Shown here: piece after piece, positions 29,001 through 38,204 of the stretch | How positions within the stretch are numbered: position 1 is the first letter of the stretch | How the letters are laid out: every line of letters starts with the position of its first letter | Notes under the pieces: generated by a model | The model's input: the letters and a program-made list of their open reading frames with translations, nothing else | Database searches by the model: none | Told to the model about the DNA's origin: nothing | Made by a program: the position numbers and the translations under genes | NCBI GenBank assembly: GCA_048937405.1 | Contig: JBHLNF010000005.1 | Span: 64,001 to 128,000, forward strand | From: Promethearchaeota archaeon | GTDB lineage: Archaea > Asgardarchaeota > Lokiarchaeia > Sigyniarchaeales > SOKP01 | DNA: 64,000 nucleotides | Reading direction: 5' to 3'

Positions 29001-30305
29001 ATGTATAAAGAATTAAAAACTCAGATAAAAAACTTAATTTTTGATGTTAACGATTTATTTCCTTTGTTAGGAAGACCTCTAATATATGGATGGCGTGTAC
29101 TTCATAGTATTAAATTTATTATAGGAAAAAATATATTAGAATCTAAATGGCAATTGAAATATGACCTGAGAAGGAAAAATTTCAGTAAAATATATTGGGT
29201 CAAGCCTCAGGACATACAATATTGTTTAGCAAAAAAATTTAACAATTGGAATAATAATACCGAAATATTGGAGGGTAATTGGGGCCAGAGTAAATTTCTC
29301 TTTGAAGAATTACCTATTTATCAATTATTATATGAAAGATTTAAAGATAATCAGAAATGGGAAGATATTGGCCATTATCACCAAGTTGTAAATCAAATCC
29401 TTATTGGTGAAAAAAAATGGGGTTGTAAAAATAAAAAGGAGTTCGATGAAAAACTTAGGAAAATTGAGTCATTTTATCATCACCAAAAAAAAAATCATAA
29501 TAAATTTATAAAAAACGATTTTATCCTAAAAAGTGAAGAAAATTTAAAAAATTCACCATTATGGGAAGATATTATAGTAGTTATTAATGAAATTGGAAAT
29601 CTCTTATTTGTAAGTGGAGATTTTAGCCTTTCAATAGTAAAATTACTTGATATTCAAGAAATTCCCATTAAAGTTGTGGCGAGACATAAAAAATGGATAC
29701 ATTTTAAACGCGGTTTACTATATTATGCTCGGTTTGGGTCACTTTACCAAAAGCTTACGCATTTAGATCTTCAAGAGATCCCTTTTAATTATGGAGAAGA
29801 TCGTTTTAACATAATTAAAGAAAATCTTTCAATTTCACATGGAACCCTTCTTGATATTGGTACTAATTTAGGATATTTCTGCCATAAATTTGAAGAACTA
29901 GGTTTTGATTGCTATGGTGTTGAATCTAATTGGTATCAATTTCATTTTTTGAAAAAATTAAAAAAAGCAGAAAATAAAAAATTTAAGATTATAAACGATT
30001 CTATTTTTAATTATGGAAACAATAAAATGTTAGTCTTCGATGTAGTGCTTGCTTTATATATTTTTCATCATTTTTTAAAGAGAAAAAATACATACTTAAG
30101 TTTAATTAAACTATTAAAAAGATTAAAAGTTAAAGAATTTTACTTTGGTGCCTATAATCCTGAGGAATATCGAAAAGCAAAGGTTTATTGTAGATATACT
30201 CCCGAACAATTTGTAAACTTTATAATAAAGCATTCTTGTTTAAATAAAGCCCAATTGCTAACTAAGTTTGAGGATGGGAGAACTTTATTTAAAATTACCA
30301 CATAA
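29001..30305 (+). CDS. degenerate ParB/Srx-like domain fused to class I methyltransferase (paralog of 27629)
   Basis: collinear with 27629; LLDIGTNLGYF, FDVVLALYIFHHFL; GxHR replaced by GDFS. Confidence 0.65.
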   Translation: MYKELKTQIKNLIFDVNDLFPLLGRPLIYGWRVLHSIKFIIGKNILESKWQLKYDLRRKNFSKIYWVKPQDIQYCLAKKFNNWNNNTEILEGNWGQSKFLFEELPIYQLLYERFKDNQKWEDIGHYHQVVNQILIGEKKWGCKNKKEFDEKLRKIESFYHHQKKNHNKFIKNDFILKSEENLKNSPLWEDIIVVINEIGNLLFVSGDFSLSIVKLLDIQEIPIKVVARHKKWIHFKRGLLYYARFGSLYQKLTHLDLQEIPFNYGEDRFNIIKENLSISHGTLLDIGTNLGYFCHKFEELGFDCYGVESNWYQFHFLKKLKKAENKKFKIINDSIFNYGNNKMLVFDVVLALYIFHHFLKRKNTYLSLIKLLKRLKVKEFYFGAYNPEEYRKAKVYCRYTPEQFVNFIIKHSCLNKAQLLTKFEDGRTLFKITT

Positions 30306-30505
30306 AAATTTATACTTTCATATTATTTTACTTGTATTAAATATTCACCAAAGTAATAGATAAAATAAAAATACTCTTGAAAATGATTCACATATCCTCA
30401 TAAAGGGTAAAATTTTTTTTTGAAATTTTTAGATAGATAAAATTTTTGATAATTAAAATTTGAAGATAATTATTTTTTTGGCTAATTTAAGACAAAAAAT
30501 GAAAA

Positions 30506-31447
30506 TTAAGAAATAATTTTTTTCAATTGTTCATAAATTTCTCTTTGATTAATATTATAAAAATCTAATAGAGTTTCTCTTTTGCCTGATTGACCAAATG
30601 AATTGTTTACTCCAATAAATCTCATTGGTTTATGAAAATTTTTAGAATTAATACGTGCTATTATACTTCCAAATCCACAATAGATATTATGTTCTTCTAT
30701 GACAACAATACCATTAACTTTACTTATCTCGTTAACAAGAGATTTATCATTTATTGGTTTAACACTTGGAAGATTAATTACTTTAATAGATATATTTAAC
30801 TTTTTTTCTAAATCTGGAGCAGAATTAATAGCTAAAATACTACCATATCCTGTTCCTATTAAACAAATATCATCTCCATCTTTTAATATGTCTGGTTCTC
30901 CAATAATAAAATTATAATTATCATCGTGAATTTTAGGAAAAGAGCCTCTTGGTAATCTAATGTAAAATGGACCTTTAGCATTAAAACTATAGTCTAATAT
31001 TCTTTCAAGTTCAATGTTATCAGAAGGAACTAAGACATTTAAATTCGGAAGAGTCGCCATTAAACTAAGATCTTCCAAAGCATTATGAGTGCTACCATCT
31101 TCTCCAACAAAACCACTATGAGTTGTAATAATTTTTATATTTAAATTGTCGTGACAAGCAAACCTTATAAATTCCCATGCCCTTCCAATTGTAAAGATAG
31201 AAAAACCACTCACCACAGGTATTTTTCCAGATATTGCTAAACCTAAAGCGGTTCCTATCATATTTTGTTCAGCAATACCCATATTAAAAAATCGGTTAGG
31301 AAAGTGCTTGGCGAAAATAGAAGTTCTTGTTGAGTTTGATAAATCAACATCTAAAACAACTACATTATTTTTTCTTTTGCCAACTTCAACTAAATAATTT
31401 CCAAAAGTATCCCTAAGAGTTAATTCACCCATTTTATTTATTCCCAC
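30506..31447 (-). CDS. transketolase C-terminal subunit
   Basis: DLSNST.T, GIAEQNM, GEDGSTH, EEH...GFG; start may be M6. Confidence 0.92.
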   Translation of the reverse strand: MGINKMGELTLRDTFGNYLVEVGKRKNNVVVLDVDLSNSTRTSIFAKHFPNRFFNMGIAEQNMIGTALGLAISGKIPVVSGFSIFTIGRAWEFIRFACHDNLNIKIITTHSGFVGEDGSTHNALEDLSLMATLPNLNVLVPSDNIELERILDYSFNAKGPFYIRLPRGSFPKIHDDNYNFIIGEPDILKDGDDICLIGTGYGSILAINSAPDLEKKLNISIKVINLPSVKPINDKSLVNEISKVNGIVVIEEHNIYCGFGSIIARINSKNFHKPMRFIGVNNSFGQSGKRETLLDFYNINQREIYEQLKKIIS

Positions 31448-32291
31448 CTTGTAATTTCTCTTTTATTTCCTCCAATTCTTTAAGAGCGGCATGATATTCT
31501 GCTTTATTTGGAACTCGACTATGGAATTCTTTTGTATGTTGCATAAATGAAATATCAGATCCTTTTATTAGATAAGATATAATAACTTTAGGTTTACCAA
31601 TTATTGCCTTCGATCTTTGAAATCCTTCTAATATCTCTTTAAGATTTGAACCATCAACTTCAATAACTTCCCAACCAAATGCTCTCCATTTTTCTGCCAA
31701 TGGCTCTAAAGCCATTACTTCTTCGGTTGATCCATCACTTTGGATTCCATTACGATCAATAATTGCTATTAAATTATCCAATTTATAATGATTAGCCACC
31801 ATTGCAGCCTCCCAAATAGCTCCTTCGTTTAATTCACCATCACCAACCAGAACATATATTGAATTATCTAATTCATCTAATTTGGCGGCTAAACAACAAC
31901 CAACTCCAATAGACAGCCCCATCCCTAAAGAACCAGTTGAGATTTCAATTCCAATTTCGAGATTTTTAACGGGATGCCCCTGTAATTTCGAGTTAAATTT
32001 TCTTAATGTGAGTAAATCTTCTCTTTTTATTAATCCAAATCTAGATAAAACCGCATACAATGCAGGAACTGCATGTCCCTTACTTAAAATGAATTTATCT
32101 CTTTCTTTCCATGTAGGATTTTTAGGATCTATTTTCATTATATTGTTATAAAGGAGATAGATTATATTAACACATGATAAAGAACCACCTAGATGACCTG
32201 ATTGAGCATTGAATATCATTTTTAAAATATCTTTTTTAATATCCAGTATTTCAACTAAGAGTATCTGCTCCTCAGTTTTAGACAATTCCAT
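31434..32291 (-). CDS. transketolase N-terminal subunit
   Basis: SGHLGGSLS, LSKGHA, LQGHP, GSLG, GDGELNEG TPP motif. Confidence 0.94.
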   Translation of the reverse strand: MELSKTEEQILLVEILDIKKDILKMIFNAQSGHLGGSLSCVNIIYLLYNNIMKIDPKNPTWKERDKFILSKGHAVPALYAVLSRFGLIKREDLLTLRKFNSKLQGHPVKNLEIGIEISTGSLGMGLSIGVGCCLAAKLDELDNSIYVLVGDGELNEGAIWEAAMVANHYKLDNLIAIIDRNGIQSDGSTEEVMALEPLAEKWRAFGWEVIEVDGSNLKEILEGFQRSKAIIGKPKVIISYLIKGSDISFMQHTKEFHSRVPNKAEYHAALKELEEIKEKLQGGNK

Positions 32292-32312
32292 ACTAATACA
32301 ATAGTAGTTAAA

Positions 32313-33311
32313 TTATATGTTATTCATTTCAGTTTTTATATAATTATAAAGCTTTTTAGAATTATAAAATTCAACAGGAGAGAGGATTGATGAAAGCGAA
32401 GCCGCAAATAAAGCTATTTTCACTCCATCAAGAACGGATGTTTCTGAAGCAAACGATAACCCTAATACTGCCATAATGACACTGCCTACAGCAACATAAC
32501 TTGTGACATTTTGTTTTAAGATTGGATTAATTATCTCAACTTTTTCATTGTCGCGTGAAAAAAGAAAACTATCTAATTCTAAATAATTTAGTAGAAGATT
32601 TTTACATTTTGAAGAATTTAAAATTCTTTTACCTGCAATAGTGATACTTGTCTCATTACAACAATCGATTGAAAATGTATCTAATGCTTTCTGGAGATTA
32701 ATTTTAATCAATTCCACATTTTCATAAAGATAATAATTGAATTTTGTAGGACGAACAATTATAGGTATATCTTTATAATTTTCTTTTAAATCATGTAATA
32801 AATTTTTTATAAATAAATCCTCAAATATTCCTTTTAAACCATAATCCAAAATTAAGATTGCCTTTACTTCCTTGGATCTGTTAATTATTAAATCTTTAAA
32901 CTGTCTTATAATCGGTTGAGAGAATCCACCATTATAATCTGTTTCTAAACGCAATAGATGTTGATTCATTGCTTTTATTCGAGTTATTTGTGGTGTAACT
33001 ATATTTTCATTCACAAGAATGCCAGAAGAATCGATGTTTAACTCCTTAATCTTTTTAAGAAAAAAATCTCCTTCATAATCATTACCAATTACAGTACATA
33101 CTTCAGGAATTCCACCCAAAGATTGTATAAACTGTAATACTAATCCTGTTGCTCCAATATAAGCAATTTTACTCTCAATTTTTACATTAGGTACAGGTGC
33201 ATCTGGAGAGATTCTATCAGTATATCCTAAAATATATTTATCAATTAACGCATCTCCAATAATTAGGATTCTTTTACCTTTCCATTTAGAAACTTCTTCA
33301 TTAAGAGCCAT
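32313..33311 (-). CDS. HldE/RfaE kinase-domain-like (PfkB) protein with degenerate active site
   Basis: ILIIGD..IDKY..G...RISPDAPVP, Q.LLRL, DYG.KG; GAGD anion hole replaced by AVGS. Confidence 0.8.
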   Translation of the reverse strand: MALNEEVSKWKGKRILIIGDALIDKYILGYTDRISPDAPVPNVKIESKIAYIGATGLVLQFIQSLGGIPEVCTVIGNDYEGDFFLKKIKELNIDSSGILVNENIVTPQITRIKAMNQHLLRLETDYNGGFSQPIIRQFKDLIINRSKEVKAILILDYGLKGIFEDLFIKNLLHDLKENYKDIPIIVRPTKFNYYLYENVELIKINLQKALDTFSIDCCNETSITIAGKRILNSSKCKNLLLNYLELDSFLFSRDNEKVEIINPILKQNVTSYVAVGSVIMAVLGLSFASETSVLDGVKIALFAASLSSILSPVEFYNSKKLYNYIKTEMNNI

Positions 33312-33320
33312 TATTTCAGA

Positions 33321-33977
33321 CTATTTCTTTAATTCAACTTGTAATTTTTCCCAATCTTTAAGAAAAGAATCTAATCCCTGATCAGTATTAGGATGCTTGA
33401 ACATTTTTTCAAGAACTCCAAAAGGGATTGTAGCGATATGAGCACCCATTTTTGCAGATTCAATTACATGTCTAGAATTTCTAATGGATGCAACAATTAG
33501 TTCGGATTTAAAATCATAGGCATTAAGAATTTCCATTGATTCCCTGAGCATATCAATTTCATTTTGACCATTATCCATTAATCTACCAATAAAGGGACTT
33601 ATATATGAAGCTCCAGCTTTAGCAGCAATCAATACTTGATTTTGTGAAAAAACAAGGGTTACATTTGTTTTTATCCCTTCGGATTCTAGTATCTTAACAG
33701 CTTTAATCCCATCTTTTGTAAAAGGTATTTTAACTATAATATTTGGTGCAATTTTGGCTAATTCACGAGCCTCTTTAACCATTTCATCCGTTGTTAATCC
33801 TATTACTTCTCCACTAATAGGTCCATCAACAAGTTCACAAATCTTCCTTAATTGTTCAACAGGATCGGCACCTTCTTTAGCTAGAAGAGTAGGATTTGTG
33901 GTAACTCCATCAATAATTCCTAATTTTTGCATTTCTTTTATTTGTTCTAAATTAGCGGTATCAATAAAAAATTTCAT
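33321..33977 (-). CDS. tal: transaldolase (FSA/TalC short type)
   Basis: [19 protein letters not shown] Schiff-base Lys, NVTLVFS, SPFIGR, ASIR. Confidence 0.93.
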   Translation of the reverse strand: MKFFIDTANLEQIKEMQKLGIIDGVTTNPTLLAKEGADPVEQLRKICELVDGPISGEVIGLTTDEMVKEARELAKIAPNIIVKIPFTKDGIKAVKILESEGIKTNVTLVFSQNQVLIAAKAGASYISPFIGRLMDNGQNEIDMLRESMEILNAYDFKSELIVASIRNSRHVIESAKMGAHIATIPFGVLEKMFKHPNTDQGLDSFLKDWEKLQVELKK

Positions 33978-34021
33978 AATGTTTCACGAGTCTATTATAG
34001 TGATAATAATATTAATTAACA

Positions 34022-34564
34022 TTATATATTTATAGCAAATTCTTTCAAATTTTTAAATATCATATCTGGGACTATAGTCCCTATTTTTTTTTGTTCCTTT
34101 AATCCATATCCTGTTAAGACTAAAACGGTTCTGCACTGTGCTGCTGTACCAGTTTGGATATCATTTAAAGTGTCACCAACCATATAAGAGTTAGTTAAGT
34201 CAATGTTATATTGTAATTGCGCTTTTAGAATCATTCCTGGACTTGGTTTTCTACAATTACATAAACCTGTGAAATCGGGGTGGTGAGGACAATAATAAAT
34301 ATCATCTAATTCTATGTGATTTTTCTTTAATATTCCATTCATTTTATTATGAATTGCTGAAAGAGCTTCTTCCGTAAAAAAACCCCTTGCTATTCCTGCT
34401 TGATTAGTAATAATAATCAGCAAGTATCCTTTTTGTTTGAGAATTCTTAAAGCTTCGATTGAACCTTCAATAAATATAAAATCTCTTGGATCTGAAAGAT
34501 AACTAACTTCTTTATTTATAACACCATCTCTATCTAAGAAGATTGCGATATTGCGGTTAGTCAT
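34022..34564 (-). CDS. gmhB: heptose 1,7-bisphosphate phosphatase (HAD)
   Basis: FLDRDGVIN, TNQAGIARG, CPHHP...CNCRKP, MVGD; heptose gene context. Confidence 0.9.
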   Translation of the reverse strand: MTNRNIAIFLDRDGVINKEVSYLSDPRDFIFIEGSIEALRILKQKGYLLIIITNQAGIARGFFTEEALSAIHNKMNGILKKNHIELDDIYYCPHHPDFTGLCNCRKPSPGMILKAQLQYNIDLTNSYMVGDTLNDIQTGTAAQCRTVLVLTGYGLKEQKKIGTIVPDMIFKNLKEFAINI

Positions 34565-35192
34565 GAAGATCAGATTCTTTTAGTAATTTAATCATTTTGT
34601 TTGAGTTTTTAGCTTTTAATATAGTACTAGAGCTAGATAAAATATCTGTATTTTTTAATAACTTTGCATTTGTTAGATTAATTCCACCATCTACATCAAT
34701 CATAAAATTATAATTTTTTTTAAATTCTGCTAATTTATTTACTTTTTGTATGCTATTTGTTATGAATTTTTGACCTGCCCAACCTGGGTTAACACACATT
34801 ATTAAGATAAGATCAATTTTATCTAGAAATGATAAAATTTCAGAAATTTGAGTTTCTGGATTTATAGCAAAACCAACTTTTTTATTTTTTTTTTTAATTA
34901 ATTCTATTAGTTTGTGTTTATCATTGTTAATCTCAAAATGAAATAAAAAAATATCTATAAAGTTAACAATTTTTTCAATATAATCAAGTGGATTCATAAC
35001 CATTAAATGTGCAATTATAGGAATATCATAAGTTTCTTTTAAGGTTTTAAAAACATTCAGATTATTATTTGTATTATTTACAAATTTACCATCCATTACA
35101 TCTACATGAATGTAATCATATCCTTCTAAACCCTTTAAGATATCAGGGGAAAAGTTTTTAGTTGCATGTATAGAGATTGCAATTTTTTTCAT
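34557..35192 (-). CDS. rpe: ribulose-phosphate 3-epimerase
   Basis: HVDVMDGKFV, HLM, NPET, M.VNPGWAGQKF, VDGGIN; C-terminal VAGS motif divergent (SSSS). Confidence 0.88.
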   Translation of the reverse strand: MKKIAISIHATKNFSPDILKGLEGYDYIHVDVMDGKFVNNTNNNLNVFKTLKETYDIPIIAHLMVMNPLDYIEKIVNFIDIFLFHFEINNDKHKLIELIKKKNKKVGFAINPETQISEILSFLDKIDLILIMCVNPGWAGQKFITNSIQKVNKLAEFKKNYNFMIDVDGGINLTNAKLLKNTDILSSSSTILKAKNSNKMIKLLKESDLHD

Positions 35193-35202
35193 GGATTACC
35201 AA

Positions 35203-35769
35203 TTACTCAAAAAGTTCCTTTTCAACTAAATAACAGATAATATGTCCAACGGTTATATGTCCTTCTTGAATCCTTGGAGTATTAGTTGAAGGTATTTTTA
35301 AACAAATATCTGTAATTTCCTCGATTTTATTATATTTGCTACCTGTAAAACCCACTGTTGTAGCACCTTTTTCCTTAGCTTTTTTTAATCCTTTTATTAC
35401 ATTAGGTGAATTTCCAGATGTACTAATACCTATAACAACATCTCCTTTTTCTACAAATGATGAAACTTGTCTTTCAAACACAAATTCAAAACCAAAATCG
35501 TTAGCTGTAGCAGTAAGAGTAGATGTGTTGGTGTGAAGAGCAAGAGCAGGAAGAGATTCACGATCTTTATAGAATTTTCCAACAAATTCAGTTGCTATAT
35601 GCTGTGCATCTGCCGCACTTCCACCATTACCAAAAAGAACCACTTTTTTTTTATTCTTGTAAGCATCTATAATTTTATGAGAAATATCTGCAATTATTGG
35701 TGATAATTTTTTAATTTCCTCTGTTATATTGTTATTTTCGTTTAAGATTGATATAATTTCGTTTTCCAT
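35203..35769 (-). CDS. gmhA: sedoheptulose 7-phosphate isomerase
   Basis: GNGGSAADAQH, TA.AND, ISTSGNS, RIQE.H...GH. Confidence 0.95.
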   Translation of the reverse strand: MENEIISILNENNNITEEIKKLSPIIADISHKIIDAYKNKKKVVLFGNGGSAADAQHIATEFVGKFYKDRESLPALALHTNTSTLTATANDFGFEFVFERQVSSFVEKGDVVIGISTSGNSPNVIKGLKKAKEKGATTVGFTGSKYNKIEEITDICLKIPSTNTPRIQEGHITVGHIICYLVEKELFE

Positions 35770-35800
35770 CTTATCATCACCTTTATTAAATTATTCACAT

Positions 35801-36829
35801 TTAATTAATTTCCCATACTTCAAGACCATTAGGATTGAAATGAAAATTAACAATTTTTCCTCCTATTTTTTCTAACTCTTGAATTACTTTAAATTTTTGA
35901 TTAGGATCTGAAAATAGTAATAAGTGGCCTCCACCTCCAGCACCCAATAACTTTCCACCAAGAACACCAAATTTTCTTGAAGTTAAATAGAAATTTTCAA
36001 TATCTTTATTTGATATTTTACTACTTAAGCTTTTTTTTGCAATCCACCCCTTATGCAAGAGATCTCCGAATTCATTAATTTTATTTAAATTATTAGATTC
36101 CACAATATCTCTCATAGAATGGGCAACATATTTTAAATCCTGCATAGCTTCCACGAAGGATTTCTTTTCAATTTCATATCCTTTTAATACTTCATCCTGA
36201 ATATCAGAAGAAAAATGAGAGCCTCCAATATAACATAATATTAAGCAAAACTGAAGTTCATTTAGCATTTCAGCACTTATATCAATCGGGATTACTTTAA
36301 CAGTATCCGAAAATTCAATAAAATTAAGACCACCATAAGCAGCGGCAAATTGATCTTGATATCCTCCTTTTTGCTTTAATTCGATTCGTTCAATATCATA
36401 TGCCTTTTGTGCAATTTCATGTTTTGAAAATCCTTTATTATAATATCTATTTAGGGCGCCAATTAAAGCAACAGACAAAGAAGAAGATCCCCCCATTCCA
36501 GAGCCCGCAGGTAGTTCTGAGAATATAAAAATATCTAATCCATCATCTACATTTAAAACATTTATAATTCCTTTAAATAATTCAAAATCAGTTGAGTAAT
36601 CTTTATCCCCAATTTCAAATATGTATTCTTTTCTAAGATTTAGAGAATAAATTCGAATTTTTTTATCTTTCCTAGGCTTTAAAGTTATATAAATATGACG
36701 ATCAATTGTAGTACTTATAACACATCCTCCATGTTCAATGCAATATGGAGCCATATCTGTTCCTCCTCCTCCAAAACTTATTCGAAATGGAGCTTTTGAA
36801 CGAATGATCATAATAATAGTGTAATTCAA
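35801..36829 (-). CDS. hddA: D-glycero-alpha-D-manno-heptose 7-phosphate kinase (GHMP)
   Basis: APFRISFGGGGTD, PAGSGMGGSS, GGYQDQFAAAYGG, GKLLGAGGGG; next to gmhA. Confidence 0.85.
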   Translation of the reverse strand: MNYTIIMIIRSKAPFRISFGGGGTDMAPYCIEHGGCVISTTIDRHIYITLKPRKDKKIRIYSLNLRKEYIFEIGDKDYSTDFELFKGIINVLNVDDGLDIFIFSELPAGSGMGGSSSLSVALIGALNRYYNKGFSKHEIAQKAYDIERIELKQKGGYQDQFAAAYGGLNFIEFSDTVKVIPIDISAEMLNELQFCLILCYIGGSHFSSDIQDEVLKGYEIEKKSFVEAMQDLKYVAHSMRDIVESNNLNKINEFGDLLHKGWIAKKSLSSKISNKDIENFYLTSRKFGVLGGKLLGAGGGGHLLLFSDPNQKFKVIQELEKIGGKIVNFHFNPNGLEVWEIN

Positions 36830-37037
36830 TAATTTATGTAATTATCAAATAACTTCATTTTAAATCATTAAAAAATTTGTTTGTTATACAATTTTTTAAC
36901 TTTTTATTAAAGAATTTTTAAGGTTTCATGCTAAGAGTCTGTAAGAAATATTAATTTTATTAAGTTATGATATTCTTTAATTTAAATAATTCCTTATGAA
37001 CTATTAAAATAATCATATTGAGATTTATTATCTTCTT

Positions 37038-38171
37038 ATGTTAAAAAAGGTATTAATTACGGGAGGAGCAGGATTCATTGGATCTCATTTAGCGGATAAA
37101 TTGATTGAACAAAAGAATTATGAAGTATCTATTCTTGATATTTTGGATGAACAAGTTCATGGAAAGACAAATAATCCCCCAGATTATTTAAATAAAAAAG
37201 TAAAATTTATCAAAAATTCTGTTACAAATTATAAAAAATTAGAGGAATTAATAAAACAAAATGAGGTTATTTTCCATTTAGCTGCTAAAGTTGGCGTTGG
37301 ACAATCAATGTATCAAATTGAAAAATATGTAAATAATAATATTCTTGGTTTGGCAAATTTGCTTGATATTTTAGTCAATAGCGAACATAACGTTAAAAAA
37401 TTAGTAATAGCATCATCAAATACCGTATATGGAGAAGGAAAATCTCAATGTAATAAATGTGGGGTAATTATTCCAAATCTAAGATCTATAGAACAATTAA
37501 AAAAAAAAGATTGGGAGTTATATTGTCCAAAGTGTAGATCTAAGGTCAAACCTCTTTTAACTGATGAAAAGTCAAGATTAAATCCAAGTTCAATATATGC
37601 TTTTTCAAAACAAGCACAAGAAAAAATGGGGCTATTAATTGGTAATACATATGGAATTAATACAACAGTATTAAGATTTTTTCTAGTTTATGGTATGAGA
37701 CAATCATTATCAAATCCATATACAGGAGTATGTGCTATTTTTAGTATTAGGGCACTTTACGGAAAACCCCCAATTGTTTATGAAGATGGTGAACAATCAA
37801 GAGATTTTGTTAATGTAAGTGATGTATGTCAAGCTTTAATTCTTGCTATGGAAAAAGAGGCCGCAAATGGAGAAGTCTTCAACGTTGGTACCGGAGTCCC
37901 TATAACTATTAAGGAAGTAGCAGAAACTATTATTCAAAAAGTAGATCCGAAATTAAGACCTATTTATAATCAACAATACAGGATTGGAGATATAAGACAT
38001 TGTTCAGCTGATATTTCAAAAATAAAAAACAAATTAGGTTATTTACCAAAATTATCATTTAAAGAAGGAATAGATGAATTGATAGATTGGATAAAATCAC
38101 AAAAAGATGATGTTCAAAAACCCTCTCAAAAAGCTATAGAAGAATTAAAAGAAAAAGGATTATTACAATAA
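37038..38171 (+). CDS. NAD-dependent nucleotide-sugar epimerase/dehydratase with CxxC...CxxC insert
   Basis: ITGGAGFIGSH, HLAA.VGVGQSMY, CNKC/CPKC, YAFSK, NPYTGV. Confidence 0.88.
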   Translation: MLKKVLITGGAGFIGSHLADKLIEQKNYEVSILDILDEQVHGKTNNPPDYLNKKVKFIKNSVTNYKKLEELIKQNEVIFHLAAKVGVGQSMYQIEKYVNNNILGLANLLDILVNSEHNVKKLVIASSNTVYGEGKSQCNKCGVIIPNLRSIEQLKKKDWELYCPKCRSKVKPLLTDEKSRLNPSSIYAFSKQAQEKMGLLIGNTYGINTTVLRFFLVYGMRQSLSNPYTGVCAIFSIRALYGKPPIVYEDGEQSRDFVNVSDVCQALILAMEKEAANGEVFNVGTGVPITIKEVAETIIQKVDPKLRPIYNQQYRIGDIRHCSADISKIKNKLGYLPKLSFKEGIDELIDWIKSQKDDVQKPSQKAIEELKEKGLLQ

Positions 38172-38204
38172 ACATCATAATAGATAATTTATTTGTGGTT
38201 TCAA

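Noticed and set aside
27629-30305. Chromosome-partition ParB or DNA methyltransferase/defence system
   Set aside because: No HTH, no ParA, no DPPY/NPPY or PC motif; the MTase resembles small-molecule/glycan MTases and the context is glycan synthesis
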